The notes below the pieces were generated by a model. That model did no database searches, was not told the origin of the DNA, and worked only from the letters and a program-made list of their open reading frames with translations. This document shows positions 17,278-27,260 of a stretch of DNA of 64,000 bases, in pieces. Location of the stretch: the NCBI GenBank assembly GCA_041665925.1, contig JBAYHW010000001.1, forward strand, positions 102,685-166,684. Reading direction: 5' to 3'. Positions within the stretch are counted from its first letter, which is position 1; every line of letters starts with the position of its first letter. The translations under genes and the position numbers were made by a program. Source of the stretch: Minisyncoccota bacterium (GTDB lineage Bacteria; Patescibacteriota; Minisyncoccia; Phycocordibacterales; UBA9973).

Positions 17278-18264
17278 TTAAAAGTCTACATTAATTTCCT
17301 TACTTGCGTTTTCAAAAATTTTATAATTATTACTAATCTTAAGTTTTATTGTAGATGTTCCGGACACGCCAGGTTGTACAGCTAAAGGCATCAAATTTTT
17401 TCTAAAATTTGATGCAGCTACCATATTATCATTGATAAACCAATTAAAAACCAAAGAAGGTATTCTTATATCTTTCGGAGAGATAAAGTATGGAGATGCT
17501 TCTAAAATTTCTGTATCTATTATCTGGTGTCCATCTGAAAGTGCTTGTTCCCAAAGCGTCCCGAGCTTGTCGTCTTTTTTATAAAAAATAATTTTTGGTT
17601 GTTGTGTAGATATACTGATACTTTTTTGTGAGGAGTAGGCCTGGTCAGTAGTGGAAGCCGTGACACCGATGTTGTTTTGGTCTTCTAGATAATCACTAGA
17701 GTAAATAAAAAAGTTTTTACCATAACCTGAACCATTTGGATTATTAGTATAATCTTTTTTCCAGGCATAAACCATATTTTTCGGGTCTATCATCTTTGAG
17801 CCACTTTTAACTTCAGGAATAGCTACTACACGTATTTCACTGTCTGCCGTAGGCATTGCTTTACCTTTATAAAACGGAGGGACATAGGAGTCATCTGCTT
17901 GCCAGAGTAAGACCATTACTGCAGGGCGAATTATTATTTTCGTATCTATGTCTCCATCTGGTAAGGCTATCGTAGCCACTATATTCATCTCTCTCCCAGC
18001 TTCTGGAGCAGTAACAGAGAAAGACTTTTTACCCACATCCGAGCTAACTGTTTTACCATCAACAGACCAGGAGATAGAGACACTATCTAGGTTTGTTGAG
18101 TAACTACTTAAAGTAATAGTAGTATTTTCGCCAGGATTAGGATTTTCTGGAGACATTTTAACCAAGATACTGGAAGAAGAAACTGCCTCTACTTTATAAG
18201 GCAAAAAAGCAGTTAGGATGATAAATCCTGTCATTAAAAAGAATAAAAGAAATTTCAACCTCAT
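17278..18264 (-). CDS. Secreted or membrane-anchored protein of the T4SS-like cluster (the position corresponds to a VirB8/PrgL-like component)
   Basis: An N-terminal signal or anchor, MRLKFLLFFLMTGFIILTAFLP. Only synteny supports the call. Confidence 0.3.
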   Translation of the reverse strand: MRLKFLLFFLMTGFIILTAFLPYKVEAVSSSSILVKMSPENPNPGENTTITLSSYSTNLDSVSISWSVDGKTVSSDVGKKSFSVTAPEAGREMNIVATIALPDGDIDTKIIIRPAVMVLLWQADDSYVPPFYKGKAMPTADSEIRVVAIPEVKSGSKMIDPKNMVYAWKKDYTNNPNGSGYGKNFFIYSSDYLEDQNNIGVTASTTDQAYSSQKSISISTQQPKIIFYKKDDKLGTLWEQALSDGHQIIDTEILEASPYFISPKDIRIPSLVFNWFINDNMVAASNFRKNLMPLAVQPGVSGTSTIKLKISNNYKIFENASKEINVDF

Positions 18265-18319
18265 ACTATAATTATACTCTAATACTTATATTTTCTAAAG
18301 CTCACTTTCTACCTTTGTC

Positions 18320-20203
18320 CTATCTTGGTGCATTTACTGTCTCTGGGGTAACGGCTGGACGCGCAGGAGCTAGGTCCGCAGATTCTTGCTCTTGTTTAGC
18401 TTTTTTATTTGAGAGTATTTGAGAAGGGTCAGAAGTTATGATTTGGTCTTCAGTATAAGAAGAAATAATCTTTATGGCGACATGTTTAAGGCCAGCGAAG
18501 AATATCCCCTCTCCGACGTTTGATTCTAGGAGTAAGTATTTTTCTTCATCTGTAAGGTTGAAAGTATTTTGCAAGATATCAATAGTTGTTGGTGATTGTT
18601 TCAAAAGGAGCTGAATAGAAGAGTTTGTAATAATAGGTACCCCATATGGAGACTTCATAAAGTCGGCGGCATCTTGGGTTATTGTTGCAAGCCCCAAGTA
18701 ATATTTTCTGCCTCTCTTGGCAATGGAATACAGGAAAGATGCGGTGTCTTCGGATTTCATCATCCACCAAGCTTCGTCCACCACAAGCAACCTCTTTTTT
18801 AGATTTTTTCTTACAGCATTCCAAATGTAATGCATTATGATGTACATAGCGACGGGTTTTAATTCATCTTCCATGTCTCGTACCGAAAAAACTACGAATT
18901 TTTTATTTATATCAACGTTGGAAGGTCTGTTTAAAAATGTTGCCCAAGAGCCCCGAGTGTACTTCACCAATCTTTGCACAACAGAATCGCTACCGTCCAT
19001 ACCCGAGAGCACCATTTCGAAATCTGACAGAAGCGGGGGCTCTATGTTTGAGAAATCTGATTCTGCGGTGATGTCCTTGATCGCATAAGTTTCTGAAATG
19101 GCGCGGTCAACCATAGAATCCTCCTCTGGGGTAAGTCCGCCAAGCATTAATCTAAAGAGTCCGACCAAGTTTATTATGTTTGAACGTAAAACATCTTCTG
19201 CTGTCTCATCTTCGCGAGGTATAGGCAAGTCAAAAGGGTTAATGTGGTGGTCAGAAGATAGAGAAATATTAAAGTATCGTCCACCAACGGCTTCAGCCAA
19301 GAATTCATACTCTCTTTCCGGGTCTATAACGATGACATCTGTATCAAACATCAGAGATCTTAATATTTCTAGCTTAGTGGCATAAGACTTACCAGAGCCA
19401 GACTTAGCAAATGTTACCGAATTGTAGTTCTCTAGGCTGAATCGGTCGAAGATAACCAAGGACGAGTTGTGCCTGTTTATTCCATAAAGGATTCCTTTGT
19501 CAGACGTTAAGTCTGAAGAGATAAAAGGGAAAACACTAGAAAGTGGCTCAGAGTTGAGTTTCTGGTGGATGTTTAAAATGTCTGTATTTGTAGGGATGAC
19601 GCTCTTGAAAGCTTCTTCTTGCTGGAAAAGGGCTGGCTTTATGTAAATCAGCTTAGATTCCAGCATAGACTTTATTTCATTTTCAATTTTGAATAATTCT
19701 AAATCATTGTCGGCATATATTGTAATATAAATACCCACATCAAACATTTTTTCCTGCGCCTGGATTAAATTATCTCGAAGGCCTTCTAGGTCTTGATAGG
19801 CGGTATCAAGTACTGGATCGCGCACCATCCCCTTACTTTCCCGCACGTTTATCTGACTCTGGACTTCGGCTACTTTTTTCTGGAATTGTCTTAGTACTAG
19901 AGATGTTTCTATTGGATGGATGAAAATTGAAATATCAAAGACTTTATCCAAGTTGATTATAGGAGAAAACCAATTATCAGTTAAAAATCTAGGATAAGAA
20001 ATTATGAAAAAAGTACGGGCAATTTTATCCCCGAGGTTTATTGATTTGGATTCTATCTTTAAGGCAGATGGAGCGATGACATCCTGTAATTCTAGGTTTG
20101 CAGATTCATAAATTTCTTCGGGCAAGACCGCTAGAGTAGAAGCTTGAGGAGCATCATTTGTGGGAGTGTTTTTTATTCCAAATAATTTTTTAAAAAAATC
20201 CAT
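18320..20203 (-). CDS. VirB4/TraC/PrgJ-like type IV secretion ATPase
   Basis: Walker A is FAKSGSGKSYATK. The IDPEREY motif (the VirB4 DPxGEY-like box) and the Walker B LLVVDEAWWMM (VirB4 DEAW) are present over 627 aa. Confidence 0.75.
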   Translation of the reverse strand: MDFFKKLFGIKNTPTNDAPQASTLAVLPEEIYESANLELQDVIAPSALKIESKSINLGDKIARTFFIISYPRFLTDNWFSPIINLDKVFDISIFIHPIETSLVLRQFQKKVAEVQSQINVRESKGMVRDPVLDTAYQDLEGLRDNLIQAQEKMFDVGIYITIYADNDLELFKIENEIKSMLESKLIYIKPALFQQEEAFKSVIPTNTDILNIHQKLNSEPLSSVFPFISSDLTSDKGILYGINRHNSSLVIFDRFSLENYNSVTFAKSGSGKSYATKLEILRSLMFDTDVIVIDPEREYEFLAEAVGGRYFNISLSSDHHINPFDLPIPREDETAEDVLRSNIINLVGLFRLMLGGLTPEEDSMVDRAISETYAIKDITAESDFSNIEPPLLSDFEMVLSGMDGSDSVVQRLVKYTRGSWATFLNRPSNVDINKKFVVFSVRDMEDELKPVAMYIIMHYIWNAVRKNLKKRLLVVDEAWWMMKSEDTASFLYSIAKRGRKYYLGLATITQDAADFMKSPYGVPIITNSSIQLLLKQSPTTIDILQNTFNLTDEEKYLLLESNVGEGIFFAGLKHVAIKIISSYTEDQIITSDPSQILSNKKAKQEQESADLAPARPAVTPETVNAPR

Positions 20204-20207
20204 AGTA

Positions 20208-20846
20208 TTACTCTATTTTAATTTTACCTTCTAGCTCTCCAGGATTGAAAACTTTATAAAATACCTCCACTACTTCTTCAGTACCGAGCTGAGCGGAATT
20301 TATTCCACAGCGCCCTAGCCCCTGTTGAATTACGGCCACTCTCTCTTCAAGCTGGGACCGCTTTTCTTCGAAGTCTACTTTCTTTGCTGCTTCTATTTGA
20401 GCTTTGTTCTTTTTTGAAAATAAATTTCCAAACATACCAGAGTCTGATTTTAAAATCGTGTGGGTATAAGGCACTACTACAAAAAAGCTTTTCGTCATTA
20501 TGCTAACTGTGTCTGTAAAATTCCTTATAAACTCAATATATTCTCTGGTCTGTAGTTTTAAGAGTGGTTCATTTTGTACTTTTATTCTGTTTTCCAAAAG
20601 AAGTAAATATGGGCGTATGTCTAGTCTTCTGGACTGGACTGATATTTGTATTGAAAAATCCAAGGTATTTATAAAATTTTGGAATTGAAGAATAGTTGCC
20701 TTCTGTTCCTCTTCTGATTTCAAAGATAGGTTCACGGAATTAGCGAGCACGATTGCACGCAGCTCCCCATCTTTCAGGACGATTATTCCATCACGGACTT
20801 CCTTTATTGGGACAAATTCTTGTGTTGCTTTTGCTTTTAGTGCCAT
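20208..20846 (-). CDS. Hypothetical soluble protein immediately upstream of the VirB4-like gene (possibly a split VirB4 N-terminal or accessory component)
   Basis: A 212-aa protein with no TM segment, separated from the VirB4-like gene by a 4-nt gap. Confidence 0.3.
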   Translation of the reverse strand: MALKAKATQEFVPIKEVRDGIIVLKDGELRAIVLANSVNLSLKSEEEQKATILQFQNFINTLDFSIQISVQSRRLDIRPYLLLLENRIKVQNEPLLKLQTREYIEFIRNFTDTVSIMTKSFFVVVPYTHTILKSDSGMFGNLFSKKNKAQIEAAKKVDFEEKRSQLEERVAVIQQGLGRCGINSAQLGTEEVVEVFYKVFNPGELEGKIKIE

Positions 20847-20850
20847 AAAT

Positions 20851-21282
20851 TTATTCTTTTTTACTCGAATCTAAAACATCTAGGCTCCAAGCCAAATCTC
20901 GTAATTTACTGCCGTCTAACTTGAGCCCGCTCGAAGACATCATCCTTATCTTTTCCTTGTCGCTACCTACCGACTGCCCCGCCCTGGAGCCCTTTTTTTC
21001 TTCTGTTTGTTTTTTCCAAATATAAAGCTTGCTTTGTGATAGAAATTTTACCCCGGACTCAATCATATTGATGAAAGGTTTGTTGTTTGGTCGATAAAAG
21101 GTTAAAGCCAGAGAAAATCCTCCTATGATTAAAATAGGAATTATCCCTAGGAGCAGGCCAAGCAATTTATAAAGTACAAAACACAAACCAGCACCACCAG
21201 CTAAATAAATAAATTCCCTAAAAGTAAAAGGACCGAAAATTTTGTCTTCTATTTCTAAAAATTGTGGAACCTTGAATTGCAT
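20851..21282 (-). CDS. Small double-TM membrane protein, VirB3/PrgI-like
   Basis: A 143-aa protein with a hydrophobic hairpin FREFIYLAGGAGLCFVLYKLLGLLLGIIPILIIGGFSLALTF, located upstream of the VirB4-like gene as in Gram-positive T4SS. Confidence 0.4.
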   Translation of the reverse strand: MQFKVPQFLEIEDKIFGPFTFREFIYLAGGAGLCFVLYKLLGLLLGIIPILIIGGFSLALTFYRPNNKPFINMIESGVKFLSQSKLYIWKKQTEEKKGSRAGQSVGSDKEKIRMMSSSGLKLDGSKLRDLAWSLDVLDSSKKE

Positions 21283-21359
21283 AAATAGGCTAGCTGTGAA
21301 GCTGACTCAATTATACATTAAAATTTTACTTTTGATAAACTTTATAAGAATATTTACCA

Positions 21360-21992
21360 TTATTCTGGCTTCATTCGGTATGGATCAACTGTATATGCTG
21401 TCTTTGGAGGAGCAGGAGGGGTTGGGGCTTTCGGTACGGCTTGAGGGCTGGGAGCTTTGGTAATGTTGTCCAAGGTGTGTTCAGTTTTGACTGCGGGGAT
21501 TTTCATTGGGCCAGATAACTTCTGGGCTAAAATTGGGTGAGGTTCTTCATTTTTAGATGGAATTTCTTCTTTGTTAATTATCTCAATACCAGCTGAGCTT
21601 AAAATGTCTGTGTTCACCCTTTCTTCTACAGAGACTTTCTCCGTACTGGTAGAGACCTTTTTCCTTTCTGTATTTTTAATTAATTCTTCTTTTATTTTCT
21701 TGAAAACTTTCTCATTCATTTCATTCACCAGATCATTGGCTTGAACTTTGGTGATTTTCATTCTAGCTTCTAGCTCTTGTGGATATTTTTGAGGGCTGAC
21801 AAGTCCACAAAGAAGAAGCTCTGTTTCTGTCTCCAAGTCTCCTAGTTGTTCGAAGCTATACCCCTTCGTCTCGCGCATTTTTAAAATCTCTGCCTGCCAA
21901 GGCACAGCACTGATAGCATATAGGGTATCTTCCGATAATTCTCTTTTTGCTTTCTCTATTTTTGCTTGTAATGAATTGGTTGTATCGTCCAT
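21360..21992 (-). CDS. Hypothetical protein with a Pro-rich C-terminus (T4SS-like cluster)
   Basis: An ORF with a coiled-coil-like N-terminus and a PKAPTPPAPPKT tail. Confidence 0.3.
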   Translation of the reverse strand: MDDTTNSLQAKIEKAKRELSEDTLYAISAVPWQAEILKMRETKGYSFEQLGDLETETELLLCGLVSPQKYPQELEARMKITKVQANDLVNEMNEKVFKKIKEELIKNTERKKVSTSTEKVSVEERVNTDILSSAGIEIINKEEIPSKNEEPHPILAQKLSGPMKIPAVKTEHTLDNITKAPSPQAVPKAPTPPAPPKTAYTVDPYRMKPE

Positions 21993-21999
21993 AATATAA

Positions 22000-22500
22000 T
22001 TATATAACTAATTTAAGTTTTACGTCGTCTGTTTTTTCTGAGGCTATGGGCGCCTTTGTTTTCAGGATAGAATCGGAGGAAAGAGAGACATCCTTTATGT
22101 CTACAAAACTAGAATAATCCCCACCAGAGAGCACAAAATCAAGGTTTTGTTGCCAGTTGGCATTTTTTACCTTGTCACTTTTTTTAAGATTCTCTTCTAG
22201 TTTTTCTGCGATAGGTATAAATATTTTTTCAAAAACCTCATCAGATATTTTTTCTGCCTCTTTTTTACTTGTACCTATTTCATTTTCAATATGAAGAGCG
22301 AACAAACTTGCATCCTCTATGCCAACCAACACTAATAGTATTTGTACTTGAAAATCATTTACCTCGCCTTCATTTATTAAATACCTTGTTCCGATTTCTT
22401 CAGATATTTTTTCCCAGCCAAAAGTACTAATGATCTCTCGATCTTCTTTGGGTAATTTCCCCACCTCTCTTTCAATTATTTGTTTTAGTTTATCCGTCAT
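22000..22500 (-). CDS. Hypothetical protein (T4SS-like cluster)
   Basis: A co-oriented, tightly packed ORF. Confidence 0.3.
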   Translation of the reverse strand: MTDKLKQIIEREVGKLPKEDREIISTFGWEKISEEIGTRYLINEGEVNDFQVQILLVLVGIEDASLFALHIENEIGTSKKEAEKISDEVFEKIFIPIAEKLEENLKKSDKVKNANWQQNLDFVLSGGDYSSFVDIKDVSLSSDSILKTKAPIASEKTDDVKLKLVI

Positions 22501-22506
22501 AATTTT

Positions 22507-25005
22507 TTAATGATGACCCCCCTTGTCTTCTAATTTTGCCTCCATTATTATCTTATGTGCTGCAGACCTATCTGCCCTATTAAACTTTCTAAGCCCAAAC
22601 CAGCCTTTCTGCAATCTTTCAGCCTTTGCTAATTTTCTTGCCCTGTTTTCGCCTTCTATATGATGGTGGGCATGAGGGATCGCAATATCTTCGTGGTAGT
22701 TTATTCCTTTTTGTTTTACATTTCCCTCATCGTCTATGTAAGTTCCTAGGCTTGTTTTGTACTTACTTTGATCAGAGTAATTTTTAGCTCCATTACCTGT
22801 ATCAATTACTTCAAGTTTATCTTGTTCTTCTTCATATTCTTTTCCATCTCTATCTTTTTTCTTTACCTTTACTTTTATTAAATTAACTTCTTTATCTCCT
22901 TTATAATCTTCACCATTTTTCAATGCACTCCTTCTATCTCTTAAGTTTTGTACTGCCATTCCGGCCTTTCTTGCTTCTAAGCTATCGTGACCATAGGCCG
23001 CCGCCGCAGTTTTCGATGCTTTTGTTTTTGCCTCAATTAGTCGATCTATTTCATCAAGTTCAGCAGAATTTGCTCGCATTAGTGTTTGCAAATCTCCTTC
23101 AACCTTATTTAATTCTTGCTTCATCCCTTCGTCTTCTCTTACTTCTAGTGCGTTAGCTCTTTCTTGCTCTTTCTTTTCTCTCTCTGCTCGCCTCTTGGCA
23201 TATCCACCTTGGGCATCTTTTGAAGTAACTCCTTTTATTGAATCTAGGTTTAATCCCCCCATTTTAGCTACAGCTCCAAATCCAGGAATATTTCTAGGAT
23301 CAAAAGAAGCCTTGGTGCTATAGTCGGCAAGCCCGAGAGCCATTCTGGCGCCTCGTCCCTTCCAACCATCTTTACTTAGTAAACCACCATTTAGTTTTTG
23401 AGCGGCATTCAAAGATTTGCTACTTGCAACTAAAGTTCCTAAACTTCCCATTCCTGCAGATACCGCTAACCCAGTTCCTGCAGTCGCAGCACCTAAGGCA
23501 AGCCCTCCTGCGAGTTTTACCCCCTTCAACATTGCCTCGCCGAGCTTGCCAGAACTTTCCTTGGCATATTTCGCTGCTTGAAGAAGTAAGACTAAAATTA
23601 TTAATCCGGGGATGATAAGAAAAACCATAAACTCTACCATTCCCTGGTCTGCCACTTTTCTGACTGCTAAATCTTTCCAAATATCAGCGTTTATTATTTT
23701 GAAAATAAGATACATAAAGAACATAAAAATCGGCGCCATAAAGGCCGTTTTCATCAATTTTTTTATCCATGAATCCCAGCCGATATAGTCCACATGCCCC
23801 AAAATAGGAAGAGCCGAAGACATAAACGCAAAAGGAGAAAATATAATCAGAACCCAAAGTTCAATTAATCTAGAAAGGAAAGCAATACTTGCCATAAAAA
23901 ATGCATATGCAGCAAATAGCATCATGAAACCAGCAGTTAAGGTAATTCCAATCATTATTCCAGGGGGTATGCTTGATTTATAATAAGCAACAACTTTACC
24001 AGTGTAATAAACACCAGCACCAACAATGGCCCCTACGCCTGCCCCTACGCCTGGGATTGGAATAATGTTTCCCAAGACCGCCCCCGTGGCTACAGAGGCT
24101 CCAAGGCCAAGAGTGGTTGGGGCTACTTGAGCCCTTGTCCTAGCTTTTTCAAAAAAGTCTGCAGACATAAGCTTTGTAGGGTCAAATTTACCAACAAGTC
24201 CCCCAGAAATATCCTTCTCTTCTACGTTCCCTGTCCCTCCCTTAAGCGCAGAGACATATAATCTTTCACTTGTAGTTCCGTCAGGGTTAACCATTTGTAC
24301 ATTAATTTTATTATAAAAAATTAAAGCTAAAACATTTGAAGAATCTATGACAACTTTTGTGAAAAACATACTAAAGTTTATGAGGAGGGCCATGACGACG
24401 ACTTGTACTATCATTTTTTTTGTATCGTGTCCTCCCATACCCAGGATCATCTTTATAGCTACATAGAGTAAAATAAATATAAAGAAAATATTAGACAGAT
24501 CGCGGACTATAGCCCAAGAGTCTCCTATGAATTTATGTATATACATTGAGCTGCTTAAAGATAGTGCTACAACGATGTTGAAAATATTAGCAACCAAATT
24601 AAGTATCCACCCCGGGACGACATAAAAAACATAATAAGTAAATTTTACTGCACAGGCATCAAAACCACCGGTTAGAAGCAAGCAGTCAGAAATACTTTCT
24701 TCGTATGATCTTTTGTCGTTCACCTTCTGGATCTCTGCTTCTATTTTTTCTTTTGGAGTTAGGGTTGGCGTAGTGTCTGATTTAAAACACTCCCTTACCA
24801 CTTTTCCAAAAAGCGTTGAGTCATTTTTACATTCTTCTTCAGTGGCAAATGGCCCATTAATTTCACTTCCACCAGTAAGATTGGAATGTTCCCAATACCA
24901 ACTAGCCCCCGCTTGTGCATTATTGGCTTTACCAAAAAATCCTATCCCCACGACAATGATGAGTAAGAATAAATATGGAATTATTTTTTTCAACTGTCTT
25001 ATCAT
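22507..25005 (-). CDS. Large polytopic membrane protein, VirB6/TrbL/PrgH-like, with a C-terminal charged coiled-coil extension
   Basis: An 832-aa protein with a signal or anchor, at least six predicted TM helices in the central 400 aa, and a long hydrophilic tail. It sits upstream of the VirB3-like and VirB4-like genes as VirB6 homologues do. Confidence 0.45.
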   Translation of the reverse strand: MIRQLKKIIPYLFLLIIVVGIGFFGKANNAQAGASWYWEHSNLTGGSEINGPFATEEECKNDSTLFGKVVRECFKSDTTPTLTPKEKIEAEIQKVNDKRSYEESISDCLLLTGGFDACAVKFTYYVFYVVPGWILNLVANIFNIVVALSLSSSMYIHKFIGDSWAIVRDLSNIFFIFILLYVAIKMILGMGGHDTKKMIVQVVVMALLINFSMFFTKVVIDSSNVLALIFYNKINVQMVNPDGTTSERLYVSALKGGTGNVEEKDISGGLVGKFDPTKLMSADFFEKARTRAQVAPTTLGLGASVATGAVLGNIIPIPGVGAGVGAIVGAGVYYTGKVVAYYKSSIPPGIMIGITLTAGFMMLFAAYAFFMASIAFLSRLIELWVLIIFSPFAFMSSALPILGHVDYIGWDSWIKKLMKTAFMAPIFMFFMYLIFKIINADIWKDLAVRKVADQGMVEFMVFLIIPGLIILVLLLQAAKYAKESSGKLGEAMLKGVKLAGGLALGAATAGTGLAVSAGMGSLGTLVASSKSLNAAQKLNGGLLSKDGWKGRGARMALGLADYSTKASFDPRNIPGFGAVAKMGGLNLDSIKGVTSKDAQGGYAKRRAEREKKEQERANALEVREDEGMKQELNKVEGDLQTLMRANSAELDEIDRLIEAKTKASKTAAAAYGHDSLEARKAGMAVQNLRDRRSALKNGEDYKGDKEVNLIKVKVKKKDRDGKEYEEEQDKLEVIDTGNGAKNYSDQSKYKTSLGTYIDDEGNVKQKGINYHEDIAIPHAHHHIEGENRARKLAKAERLQKGWFGLRKFNRADRSAAHKIIMEAKLEDKGGHH

Positions 25006-25045
25006 TTTTCTTTATAGGCTTTTTGGTTTTTCTAAACTGCCAGCT

Positions 25046-27232
25046 TTAATAACCAGGTAAAGTTCCTTTATAGTCTAATGCACTTGCTCTGTATATAATG
25101 CCACAGCTCAATGATATGTTTACCGATTTACTTCCTATAGAAACATTTTGGGCATTTACAAGTGGCAATCTTGGATAAGTAACTGTGCCAGTATTTATAA
25201 ATGATTCATGAGAATACCCGCCCGAAATAGGATAATCACAAAACATTGCTTGCTCTGGTGCACCTGTGGTGTATCCTGATGCTGTTCCAGTGAACACGCT
25301 CGTAGCTCCGCCTGGGTTAGCCCAACCCTTAGCTGTTCTTTCTGATGCACACTGAGTGATTAATTTGTCTAAATTTGCGGATTTATCTTTAGCTAAATTA
25401 AGCTGGTTTTGGGTGTCTTGGAGAGAATTGTCGTTAGTTACACTATCCGTAATAGTATTATATTGTTTCCATAATAAAACCATAGCCCTATCTTCTTCAG
25501 AGTCTGGGGTTGGTGGGGTTGTAATGTTGTCTAAACCTCTTTTAATGACTTGTAGGGTTATAAGCGCTTGTTTTTTTACAGCTATCTTACTTGCTAATTC
25601 ACTTGCTTCTTGATAGAGGTTTTTTAAATCATTTATTGCATCCATATAGCTTGCCGAGGAAGGTAGAGCATTGGACATTTGAGTATTTAGCCAATCTTTA
25701 AAGAAGCTTACGGCAAGGCTTAATTCATTTAGAGCTAAGTTGCCAGCGGTTGGATCTTCATCTTCGGATATAAGTTTAGAGTCATTTTTTGTTTTTTCTG
25801 TTTCTATTCTGTCTGACCACCCAAAGTCTGGTCCGGGTTGGCAGACATCTAACTGTTGGGCCTTGGGCCAGATTTCTCCAAATAGCTGCATAATTCCAGG
25901 ACCACTTTCATTTGGAGCATCGTTGGTCATTAGCATAATTTCCTTGGCTGTATTTTCTAATCCATCCGACACAGTTTTCTTGAAGCTGGTCAACTCAATT
26001 ACTTGATCAGGGCCAGTGTCCCAGGTTGTATTGGTTCCCGTAGCAGGAGCACTGCCGAGCTTTATTCCATCATAGCTCCAGTCATCTTCTTGTGGTTTTG
26101 GATTTGTTTTACTTGCTAACGCAGACAATCCATCACCGATAAATTTATTTAATAGGGCATCAAAGATAGCCGACAGACTATTCCCTAGTCCCATAGCCTG
26201 GAGGGTAGAATTCATGGGAATATTTAATGAAGTCATTATCTGATTAGCAACGACCGCTCCAGGGGTAGTACTTTTTAATCCACCCGGGCAAGCGTTGTCG
26301 TATTCCCAAAGATTTTTTTCTTCCGAAAGGGCGTATTCATAATCCGCATTCCATTTTTTTACAGCTTCTTCGTCTGCCGGAGAAGGAACCCCGCCTGTTT
26401 CTGGGTATGGGTGGTTTTTCATATAAGTTTGCTCAAACTTAGATGCTTGAGACCCCCAGCTTGGTTGATTCCATTCATTTACACCATTATTGTAATTAGG
26501 ATTAGTATCACATATTTTAGGAGACAAGAATCCTTGACCTTGCTCTAGTGTTGTCTGGACTTTTTGTTTAGCATTTTGGATGTCCATGGCCAGTCTCTCT
26601 GTCGCTGATATGGTAAATCCTAAATAATTATTTTGAGGGTACATTGTGTTTACAAAGAATCCACTCCACCCCCCTACATTAAAATTATTTTGATAATTAT
26701 AGAGTAATACTGGATCATCTCGCATCACCTCACTCAAACTATAAGAAGCATTATTTTCTAGTTTACTTTTATAACCATTTATAATATTTAAAGCGAAGTC
26801 TTTACCGAATGGAAATTTGATGACATCATAGCCCAACTTATCTACAGCTGTTTTTATTTCAGATTTGGCTATATCTTTAAAGAAAGAATCTGGGTTTTCT
26901 AAGAATAGAGGTGCTCCATGAAAACCAGAATTTATCCAGTTGACTGTACTTTTTGTCATTTCTTGCAGAGCCCTCTTGGCTACAGCCATGAGCAATTGTT
27001 TAACGATTTCTCTGGCAATATCTTTAAAATGGAGAGCGGTGTTTGTTGTTGTTTGGACAGCTGTTGTTACTGTGAATTGTTTAGCTATAAAGTGTATGAT
27101 TGCACCTGGTATTTCAGCGACAGGAATTGCTTCTGCCTTTTTTGGGGCAGAAAATAAAATAATCGTGGGTAAGAATATTGAAATAATTAACAGAGCGGCG
27201 ATAGATTTCATTTTTTTATTTTCTTTTGCCAT
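25046..27232 (-). CDS. Large secreted or surface protein (signal peptide) of the T4SS-like cluster
   Basis: A 728-aa protein with an N-terminal signal MAKENKKMKSIAALLIISIFLPTIILFSAP, Cys pairs, and no TM helices afterwards. Confidence 0.35.
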   Translation of the reverse strand: MAKENKKMKSIAALLIISIFLPTIILFSAPKKAEAIPVAEIPGAIIHFIAKQFTVTTAVQTTTNTALHFKDIAREIVKQLLMAVAKRALQEMTKSTVNWINSGFHGAPLFLENPDSFFKDIAKSEIKTAVDKLGYDVIKFPFGKDFALNIINGYKSKLENNASYSLSEVMRDDPVLLYNYQNNFNVGGWSGFFVNTMYPQNNYLGFTISATERLAMDIQNAKQKVQTTLEQGQGFLSPKICDTNPNYNNGVNEWNQPSWGSQASKFEQTYMKNHPYPETGGVPSPADEEAVKKWNADYEYALSEEKNLWEYDNACPGGLKSTTPGAVVANQIMTSLNIPMNSTLQAMGLGNSLSAIFDALLNKFIGDGLSALASKTNPKPQEDDWSYDGIKLGSAPATGTNTTWDTGPDQVIELTSFKKTVSDGLENTAKEIMLMTNDAPNESGPGIMQLFGEIWPKAQQLDVCQPGPDFGWSDRIETEKTKNDSKLISEDEDPTAGNLALNELSLAVSFFKDWLNTQMSNALPSSASYMDAINDLKNLYQEASELASKIAVKKQALITLQVIKRGLDNITTPPTPDSEEDRAMVLLWKQYNTITDSVTNDNSLQDTQNQLNLAKDKSANLDKLITQCASERTAKGWANPGGATSVFTGTASGYTTGAPEQAMFCDYPISGGYSHESFINTGTVTYPRLPLVNAQNVSIGSKSVNISLSCGIIYRASALDYKGTLPGY

Positions 27233-27260
27233 TTATTTCTTTTATTATATGACTTTTTCT

